Assembly (NCBI GenBank): GCA_030679255.1 | Contig: JAUXTO010000013.1 | Location: forward strand, 18,696-82,695 | Direction: 5' to 3' | Length of the DNA: 64,000 nucleotides | DNA from: Candidatus Gottesmanbacteria bacterium | GTDB lineage: Bacteria; Patescibacteriota; Microgenomatia; UBA10105; UBA927 | The notes under the pieces: model-generated | Database searches by the model: none | What the model saw: the letters and a program-made list of their open reading frames with translations, nothing else | Told to the model about the DNA's origin: nothing | Translations under genes and position numbers: made by a program | In this document: one piece after another, positions 57,152 to 64,000 of the stretch | How positions within the stretch are numbered: the stretch's first letter is position 1 | Layout of the letters: each line of letters starts with the position of its first letter

Positions 57152-58285
57152 TTAATTCAATTTTTTACGGAGACGAACGTACCACCCACACAAAACATCT
57201 GCTGCAAATATATATGCAAACGGCAGTATCGGTAATAAATATCGCGCAGAGGATTGATTTAATGAAATCATGATAAAGTAGGCAATCGTCCACAAATACA
57301 CTATTTGCTGAGCAAGAGATAAACGAAAAAATGAACGAGTGTGATTCAAAATCCAAATCCATGTCAGACCAAAAAGAACGGGCCAGCTGAAATGCCAATT
57401 CGCGTCGCGAATCACTGGCTGGTCGCCCCACCATACATGCCAACGATTAAAGAAAATTAAATCCCACACCGTAAAAAAACGATTTAATTTACTCACATTG
57501 TAGATATAACTCCACTTTTGAATCCCTAAGACACTCCACGGCGTATACCCACGATAATATATTGGAATATACGAAACAATTGCGACAACAGCGATCGATA
57601 GGTAACCGAAAATGAGCCACCCAATGAGATTTCTCTTATGAAACATAATATATGCAGTATAAATAGCCAGGAGCGGTAGAGAAATCGAAAATATTTTTGT
57701 CATCATTGCTGCTCCAAGCAATACCATGGAGATGAATATCAAAAATCCGCTTTTTTCAAGTCCTTTGATAAAAAAATAGACGGACCATATCTGAAACGTC
57801 ATCATAGGAATGTCCAACAGTGGCATAAATTTAAATTGACTCGTAATTAAAGGCTGAAATAAGATGATTATAATAAGTATCAATACGATGGGCGTCGAAG
57901 AAATAATTTCTTTTCCCAAAAAATATATACCGGTTAAAAAGAATATAAATACTACTATCATGATGATATTCGGATTATCAAATAATACGATCGACAATGA
58001 AAATAGTTGCTTCCCCAACGGTGGCGTGCCAGGATTGACATCCAATAAGCTTTCCCCCTTGAGATAGGCTCCTGCTGCATATGCATAAAGCGTCTCATCG
58101 GGAATGGATGCGGTCGGATGTATACTAATATATTGTGAATTAAGATAAGCATTTTTATATGCTTCATATCCGGCCCAATACGAACCTTGAAAATACGAAC
58201 GCGACTCATACATCAGAAATCCGAAACGGATAATGATAAATGTGACAAGGAGGATAGTTATCATCCGTGGTTTACGCCTCATCAT
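57152..58285 (-). CDS. PMT_2/ArnT-like GT-C glycosyltransferase (polyprenol-phosphate-sugar-dependent)
   Basis: First extracytoplasmic loop ..SIPDETLYAYAAGAYLKGESL..NPGTPPLGKQLFSL carries a DE motif like ArnT/PMT families. About 10 TM helices. Confidence 0.55.
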   Translation of the reverse strand: MMRRKPRMITILLVTFIIIRFGFLMYESRSYFQGSYWAGYEAYKNAYLNSQYISIHPTASIPDETLYAYAAGAYLKGESLLDVNPGTPPLGKQLFSLSIVLFDNPNIIMIVVFIFFLTGIYFLGKEIISSTPIVLILIIIILFQPLITSQFKFMPLLDIPMMTFQIWSVYFFIKGLEKSGFLIFISMVLLGAAMMTKIFSISLPLLAIYTAYIMFHKRNLIGWLIFGYLSIAVVAIVSYIPIYYRGYTPWSVLGIQKWSYIYNVSKLNRFFTVWDLIFFNRWHVWWGDQPVIRDANWHFSWPVLFGLTWIWILNHTRSFFRLSLAQQIVYLWTIAYFIMISLNQSSARYLLPILPFAYIFAADVLCGWYVRLRKKLN

Positions 58286-58830
58286 AGTTCGTTAAATTGA
58301 TTAATGTTTTTGCGTTCCTCTATTGCTGCATCAATTGATTTATGGAGCGGGAGTAAGATCGGAGATTGTTTCTCTGGTTGCCAAAGCATCTCAGCGGGAA
58401 GTTGGCTTCTTAATGTGTGTAAGATTGATTCATGAACTACAATATAATCCTGTATTATGGGTATCATAGAGCTGATATCGTTATGTTCCTGCTTCGATAA
58501 TACGATGAGCAAGGATAAACGATGAGCGTAATTATTCGAACGATCTAGTGCATCAAGCGCGAGAACATATTGTTTGTATTCAAAGAGCGTTTTTGCTTCA
58601 ACGAGATATTTATCGGATAAAGAAAGGTAATATTTCGTTTTTGCGATACTTCCGAAGTACCAATACTTTTTTATATCATCAACTGCTCTTGAAATTCTGT
58701 AAAGCTTGTTCCCCGGCATATAGGAAGGATAAGGAAGAACATAGCCGGCAAAAGCTGGACGGACAATAAACAGTAAGCAATAAACAATAAGCAATAAGAA
58801 AAAAAGGGGAATTCTCCAATTATTTATCAT
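58282..58830 (-). CDS. Signal-anchored or secreted hypothetical protein
   Basis: N-terminal hydrophobic segment ending ..PAFAG. No recognisable catalytic motifs. Confidence 0.4.
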   Translation of the reverse strand: MINNWRIPLFFLLLIVYCLLFIVRPAFAGYVLPYPSYMPGNKLYRISRAVDDIKKYWYFGSIAKTKYYLSLSDKYLVEAKTLFEYKQYVLALDALDRSNNYAHRLSLLIVLSKQEHNDISSMIPIIQDYIVVHESILHTLRSQLPAEMLWQPEKQSPILLPLHKSIDAAIEERKNINQFNEL

Positions 58831-59723
58831 ACAATTTCCTCATGATTTCGACTATACCTCCAATACGCGAGAGGGTGGTGCAACGCCGAAAATAAAGCGA
58901 AAAGTAATCCCCAGTATCCGTCAAGAAATCCTTTATGACGAACGTAGAGAAGAATAAACGTAACGGATGGCTTCACTGCATTGTATACGAACCATGTGAC
59001 AAGATTAACGGATAACTTTTGATGTTTCATCTCTTGCGCCTGAAGGGCAATATATGAATTTGCCTTATACCAATACTCCGCAATTGAGCTGTATGAATGA
59101 TGAAGAAGTGGATTGATAATATATCCGATCTGTCCGTCAACGCTAATCTGCTCATGCACACTCTTGCAAGGAAAATTTGCCTTCCCTCTCCTGACAAGCC
59201 GGATGACGTAATCCGGATACTGACCACCCTTTCGCATCCAATGACCGCAGAAGAAATTCTTCCGCGGGATATAGTAACCATTCGGAGTCAAAAGTCGAAA
59301 GTCGCCTGCCCGCAGATGCTTCGCGTCAAGCGTTGCAGGCGGGAAAGTCAAAAGTCTCATTAGATTGAGTATTTCTTCTCGGAGTTCGGGTGTGACTACT
59401 TCATCTGCGTCCAGCTGGAGGATCCATTCACTACGGCAGGCTACAAGGGCTTTTTGTTTATTAATATGAAATATCGGCGGATTATCTGAATGGATAATCC
59501 GGGCGTTATAGCGCTTCGCGATCTCAAGAGTACGATCCCGCGATCCCCCATCGACAAGGACTATTTCGTCAGCCCATGCAACCACAGAAGAGAGGCATGC
59601 ATCGAGTTTCACTTCCTCGTTGTAGACGGCAATGGCTACTGATGATGTGATCTTCTTTTTTGCCATAGGAATCCACCTATACCTATACTGGTTAGTACCA
59701 CAATCGATAGAGCGCTGATCCAA
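58827..59723 (-). CDS. GT2 family glycosyltransferase
   Basis: VAIAVYNEE, VLVDGGSRDRT, QLDADEV. The likely start is Met at 59666. Confidence 0.75.
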   Translation of the reverse strand: MDQRSIDCGTNQYRYRWIPMAKKKITSSVAIAVYNEEVKLDACLSSVVAWADEIVLVDGGSRDRTLEIAKRYNARIIHSDNPPIFHINKQKALVACRSEWILQLDADEVVTPELREEILNLMRLLTFPPATLDAKHLRAGDFRLLTPNGYYIPRKNFFCGHWMRKGGQYPDYVIRLVRRGKANFPCKSVHEQISVDGQIGYIINPLLHHSYSSIAEYWYKANSYIALQAQEMKHQKLSVNLVTWFVYNAVKPSVTFILLYVRHKGFLDGYWGLLFALFSALHHPLAYWRYSRNHEEIV

Positions 59724-61366
59724 TTTGCCGTACGCCGAACTTTTGTATCACTAAAACGTATCTTCACGGTATGGGTTCCTTTCGGAACAAAAAACGTCAT
59801 CAACCCTCGATGGAGAGAGCTTTGAAATTCTATTGGAATAATGTTGTTGTCCACAAATACATTCCAACCCGGAAAATAAAGGGTGTTTTCGACGAGTTGG
59901 ACTTCATGTTCATTCGTTATAGCATACTCTCGGGTCGTTGTATTGCGTAGACGCGTCTCTATACGAGCATCCCCACTGATAACTTCAATCGGGGCTTTTG
60001 GCCGCTGTTCCATAAATCGAACGGACCAAATCGGACTCGCCTCACCCGTGTCTGTCGTACCATCAAAAATTCCGGTAAAATATTCATGCGGATAATTTAT
60101 GTACCCGTTCGGATACCACATATTCGAGCTGATAATTATAGATAATAAACAAAATACCGTACAAAAAAACCGTGTGACATGTTGACCTTGCCGATATATT
60201 TTGAGTATGTGAGATATCGTAAGCCCACCGAGTACCGCAGCAAGAAATGTGGTTAACGAAAGAAACCGCCATGGAAATTGCAATTTAATCATGAGAGGAA
60301 TATTCGTCCATATGCCTGCAGATTGTGGTGTCATGAGAAATAACGCAGAAAAAAATAAGACCAAGCACCCACCGATCAACCATCTATCTCTCCAATGTCT
60401 TGCTTTCCACATACACCAAAATGATCCTATGATTGCTATCCAACCGCTCATCCCGATCTCCTTACTAAACTCAGTTCCACCACCAAAATTCCATGAAGAA
60501 GAGATAAACCAATTCCATGCAGTAAATCCACCAAGCGCACCTTGCGTCACTTTATCAATTAAAATATATTTTTGTTCAAAAACTGCCGGCACCCAAAAAA
60601 AAGCGGAAAGTAAAAAACCAAACATAAGTCCCATCAGACCGAAAAATACAAAAAAATGCTTCTGTTTCGTTTCATAAACACAAAGATATAAACCATATAT
60701 TCCAACAATAGGTAAAAATATTACACTCAGCGCATTGTGACTTAAAATAAGTCCCGCAGTGCTTAAACCGAATATAATCGCCGACGATATATACTGTTTA
60801 GGATACCGGGCCAACCGTAATAAGCTCCAACATAGCAATGGAGGATATATAAATGCAACGTGCTCCCCGAGTGCGCCACGTACATATAAATCCACAAACC
60901 GATATGGAGCAAATGTGTACAAGATCGAAGCGACTACTCCGGAGACTATTCCCAACTGTTCGCGTATCCAAAAAAAGATTGTTAAAGCACTTAAAATATA
61001 GGCAACTGCAAAAACCAATTTTGTACTGTCAACCAAGGAAAATCCTACGATATGAAATAGTGACGCGACATAAGAAGGCAGAGGATATACGAATTCAATT
61101 ATTGGACTGCCGTATCCCCAATTGAGATTGGAAGCCCACCGGGGTACAATGTTTCCTTCCATAAACGATGCATAAAAATTTGCAATTCGGGCTATATGGA
61201 TCCTACCATCATGCGTCAGGGGTATACCTTCATGAAATAGAGGCACCAAAGGGATCGTTGATACGACCACGAGCCAAAACCACGAAGATTTCACCATTCG
61301 TCTTATTATGTTCATAAATTGTATGAATGTATTCACGCACCTATCGAATGAGTAACTTTTTTCCAT
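59636..61366 (-). CDS. Polytopic membrane protein, family B paralog
   Basis: THDGRIHIARIANFYASFMEGNIVPRWASNLNWGYGSPIIEFVYPLPSYVASLFH. C-terminal ..LYFPGWNVFVDNN.. plus a TM anchor. Confidence 0.5.
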   Translation of the reverse strand: MEKSYSFDRCVNTFIQFMNIIRRMVKSSWFWLVVVSTIPLVPLFHEGIPLTHDGRIHIARIANFYASFMEGNIVPRWASNLNWGYGSPIIEFVYPLPSYVASLFHIVGFSLVDSTKLVFAVAYILSALTIFFWIREQLGIVSGVVASILYTFAPYRFVDLYVRGALGEHVAFIYPPLLCWSLLRLARYPKQYISSAIIFGLSTAGLILSHNALSVIFLPIVGIYGLYLCVYETKQKHFFVFFGLMGLMFGFLLSAFFWVPAVFEQKYILIDKVTQGALGGFTAWNWFISSSWNFGGGTEFSKEIGMSGWIAIIGSFWCMWKARHWRDRWLIGGCLVLFFSALFLMTPQSAGIWTNIPLMIKLQFPWRFLSLTTFLAAVLGGLTISHILKIYRQGQHVTRFFCTVFCLLSIIISSNMWYPNGYINYPHEYFTGIFDGTTDTGEASPIWSVRFMEQRPKAPIEVISGDARIETRLRNTTTREYAITNEHEVQLVENTLYFPGWNVFVDNNIIPIEFQSSLHRGLMTFFVPKGTHTVKIRFSDTKVRRTANWISALSIVVLTSIGIGGFLWQKRRSHHQ

Positions 61367-62987
61367 ATCGAAGGGAGCGTAATAAAACCCATAACCCTAA
61401 CAAGCCAAACGAGATACTACTTATGATGTTTGCGACCGTTCTGACCCTTGTGTCACTGAAATATATGGAGACGTTATGCTCGCCAAGAGGCGCATAAAAA
61501 GTTATGAGTCCCCGATACGCAGGATCCTGATATTCAATCTGCGTCTCCTTGCCGTCAATAAATACCTTCCATCCCGGAAAATACAGCGTGTTTTCTGCTA
61601 TGCGCAGCGTTTCTTCTGCCATCACCCTATATTCTCTCTGTGTTGTATTCTTGTGTGTGAGCGTTACCGTACCGCTTCCTTCTATAAGTAGAGCGGGTTC
61701 GGTCGGGCGCTTCCCCATCTGTCGAATCGACCATATCGGCGAACTTTCTCCAGTATCTGTGGTGCTCGGATATATGGCGCTATAGACTGATTCGTCACGC
61801 TGTTGATATCCCGATGGATGCCACATGTTTGCAGTAAAAAAAATAGACAGGAAACAAAAAACAATAAGCAGAATATGCTTATTGTTCCGAAGTAATGATG
61901 GGATTGATATTCCTCCCAAAATAGCAGAAGCCAATACCGAAAGTGATAAAAATCTCCAGGGAAATTGAAACTTTTGAAGTAACACTATCCTCTGCCAGAT
62001 AACACCTGATGCTTCCGTCATCATAAATAATGAAAGTATCAGCATTCCTAACGTTCCAATAAGTACGATACGGATCTTCTGAACCTTCGTTTTCCACAGA
62101 ACAATAACCGACATCACGATACCGATCCATTGGGCAAAACCCAGAAATTTCGGCAACACTTCGCCGCTACCATAATTCCACGCTGAATAGAAAAACCACG
62201 TCCATGGTACAAAACGGTTCAGTGCTTCCCCTGCCGTCACAATATCGCGGAGTGTATATTTTCCTTCAATAAATGCTGGAATCCAAAAAAAGGCAGAAAG
62301 AGCAAAACCGAGAGACAAAAGACAAGAGACAAGAAGCAAGAAACGAAACTTATTCTTTGCTTCAAAAAAACATAAATAGAGAGAGTACATCAATATCAAA
62401 GGCAACATCATGAGAGCAACTGCGTTATGAGATAAAATGAGTCCGGCAACTCCGAATGAAATCGCAAATATAGAAATCAATGTGGAGCCTTTCGATTTGG
62501 AAAGCACTAATAACCCCCATAAAATCAACGGAGGAAATACAAAGGCCACATGCTCGCCAAGCGCACCGCGGACATAAAGATCCACAAATCGGTATGGAGC
62601 AAATATATACAACAGGGCTCCTATAAGCCCTGCACGTTTTCCAAACGCGCTACTCATCCACAGATACATCGTGAGAGCACTTAAAATATATGCAACACCA
62701 AAAACAAGCTTTGTACTGTCTACAAACGAAAATCCTATACCATGAAACAGCGAAGCAACATACGAAGGCAACGGATAGAGAAACATGAGTATTGGATGTC
62801 CGTATCCCCAATTTAGGTTTCCTGCCCAACGTGGGATGAGATTTCCCTCAGATAGCGACTGGTAAAAATTGGCAATTCGCGCGACATGATCGGGCGTATC
62901 ATGACCCATGGGCAACCCCGGTCGAAAAAGGTTCAAGATCGGAAGTATCGAAAGAAAAATAAGCAGCAACGGAATGAATCGTTTCAT
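61341..62987 (-). CDS. Polytopic membrane protein, family B paralog
   Basis: GHDTPDHVARIANFYQSLSEGNLIPRWAGNLNWGYGHPILMFLYPLPSYVASLFH. About 60% identical to 59636-61366 over the N-terminal 200 aa. Confidence 0.5.
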   Translation of the reverse strand: MKRFIPLLLIFLSILPILNLFRPGLPMGHDTPDHVARIANFYQSLSEGNLIPRWAGNLNWGYGHPILMFLYPLPSYVASLFHGIGFSFVDSTKLVFGVAYILSALTMYLWMSSAFGKRAGLIGALLYIFAPYRFVDLYVRGALGEHVAFVFPPLILWGLLVLSKSKGSTLISIFAISFGVAGLILSHNAVALMMLPLILMYSLYLCFFEAKNKFRFLLLVSCLLSLGFALSAFFWIPAFIEGKYTLRDIVTAGEALNRFVPWTWFFYSAWNYGSGEVLPKFLGFAQWIGIVMSVIVLWKTKVQKIRIVLIGTLGMLILSLFMMTEASGVIWQRIVLLQKFQFPWRFLSLSVLASAILGGISIPSLLRNNKHILLIVFCFLSIFFTANMWHPSGYQQRDESVYSAIYPSTTDTGESSPIWSIRQMGKRPTEPALLIEGSGTVTLTHKNTTQREYRVMAEETLRIAENTLYFPGWKVFIDGKETQIEYQDPAYRGLITFYAPLGEHNVSIYFSDTRVRTVANIISSISFGLLGLWVLLRSLRYGKKLLIR

Positions 62988-62990
62988 ATA

Positions 62991-64000
62991 CTAATATTCC
63001 CGTTTTTCGAGTATGAGCCCGTTGAGAAGCGTTTTTATCCATATTGTTTTCCCGCCTTGCACCACTGTTTCCAGCCATCCATTTTGGCGCCACGGTTTAT
63101 CATTATCCGGTTCGATGATCAGGTATGCTAATCCTTTTTTTTCGTAATGGGGTACGTATCCATACGTCTGCTTTCCGTACGTTTTAAATAAATAATCATA
63201 CGGCCAGGTATACACGGAAGGAATAAAAATGAATACAGAAAAAGATTTGCCATCGGCATCTTGATAGATGGTATCAAGCACGAACCGCTTTCCCTGAATT
63301 TTTTCAAATTTCCCCGTATCGCCCAGATCGGACGTATACGAGACATACATCCGAAATACGGATCCCACACCGAGACCCAAGATAAATAGCGCAATCACGA
63401 TAAACGCTAACGAAACAAAGGGCGTGTTCTTTTTTCTCTGAACACACGCCACTATCGCGTAGGTAAATAGCAACGTAAACCCAAGGCGCGTATGGGTGAG
63501 ATAATAATCCCAAACGACATTATTTAACACCAAATATCCTGCCCATGTTGTCATCAACATGAGCACTAAAAATAGTATAAATTTCCGGTGTTTAGATTCC
63601 CGTACTTGAAATAAACCAAACCCGACGACCGGCATGACGGCATATAATAATATCTTTTGCATCTGACCGGAAATCCATCCGAATTCAAATGTAAATGTAT
63701 TCGTAAAATTATTCCAATAGTCTACCCCGTGAGCGTATAACCTTTTGGACTCAAAGATTGAGCTGCCGCCCGCGCCGCCACTCACGGTATATTCCCATGC
63801 CGACCGGACCGCCATAAATCCATGCCTTGCTTCAAACAGAAACATCGGCAAATACCCGAAGACAATGGCAAGCACGCAGTACAGATATACCCGTACGTCA
63901 CGGATTTTATAGATGAGGGGTATGGACAGCAACACTGATACAGTCAAGGGTACGGCAACGCCAAGCTGAGAATGATAGCTAAATCCGGACATAAATACGG
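62991..64000 (-). CDS. Membrane protein, probably partial (N-terminus beyond the window end): multi-TM region plus a C-terminal hydrophilic domain
   Basis: The reading frame stays open upstream of the listed Met to the window edge. At least 8 TM helices. Confidence 0.45.
   Translation of the reverse strand, partial: VFMSGFSYHSQLGVAVPLTVSVLLSIPLIYKIRDVRVYLYCVLAIVFGYLPMFLFEARHGFMAVRSAWEYTVSGGAGGSSIFESKRLYAHGVDYWNNFTNTFTFEFGWISGQMQKILLYAVMPVVGFGLFQVRESKHRKFILFLVLMLMTTWAGYLVLNNVVWDYYLTHTRLGFTLLFTYAIVACVQRKKNTPFVSLAFIVIALFILGLGVGSVFRMYVSYTSDLGDTGKFEKIQGKRFVLDTIYQDADGKSFSVFIFIPSVYTWPYDYLFKTYGKQTYGYVPHYEKKGLAYLIIEPDNDKPWRQNGWLETVVQGGKTIWIKTLLNGLILEKREY

Noticed and set aside
1-64000. tRNA, rRNA or other structured RNA genes
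   Set aside because: No T-arm or anticodon-arm-like conserved motifs or rRNA-like stretches noticed. Coding density leaves almost no room. The hairpin cluster at 60-120 is too short and repeat-like.

Overview
This 64-kb window is a densely packed, almost entirely minus-strand glycan-biosynthesis and cell-surface glycosylation super-locus. Nucleotide composition is visibly mosaic, with AT-rich islands (about 13.7-15.6 kb, 23.0-30.2 kb, 49.8-51.0 kb) beside GC-richer blocks (30.2-34.7 kb, 40-47 kb). The organism is unidentified. The four-helix-bundle gene, the DUF4143-type AAA ATPases and the very large GT-C-like membrane proteins are typical of candidate-phyla-radiation, Gram-positive-like or archaeal-like genomes; this is an inference.

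The window encodes:
- Nucleotide-sugar enzymes: GalE, UDP-glucose 6-dehydrogenase, two UXS/ArnA-C-like UDP-GlcA decarboxylases, a PglF/PseB-like UDP-GlcNAc 4,6-dehydratase, a glucose-1-phosphate cytidylyltransferase (RfbF), two RfbG-like SDRs, three DegT-family aminotransferases, one E1/ColD-like His-for-Lys 3-dehydratase, two sugar N-formyltransferases, three LbH acetyltransferases, one CE4 deacetylase-like protein, and two TylC3-like C-methyltransferases.
- At least 14 glycosyltransferases: GT4 and GT2 enzymes, including four DPM1/ArnC-like polyprenol-phosphate glycosyltransferases.
- A Wzx flippase and 11 large polytopic GT-C-like membrane proteins, falling into paralogous families and including an ArnT/PMT_2-like and a GT87-like protein.

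Embedded at 7.3-13.7 kb is a defence island. It holds three tandem AbiEi/AbiEii toxin-antitoxin pairs and a DUF4143 AAA ATPase. Each junction carries a conserved ~100-bp promoter/operator-like repeat and a decayed copy of the 5' end of the adjacent GT2 gene, plus a truncated AbiEi remnant. This is the signature of serial cassette insertion or duplication at one site. A second DUF4143 ATPase sits at 49.8 kb.

Other unusual sequence features:
- A 27-bp perfect-palindrome element, present once intergenically and once inserted in-frame into a GT4 gene.
- Tandem heptamer (TAGGACR/YGTCCTA) tracts that fill one intergenic gap and flank a four-helix-bundle (23S rRNA IVS-type) gene in inverted orientation.
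- A translationally coupled GT4 N-domain-only fragment.

No rRNA, tRNA or CRISPR array was found.
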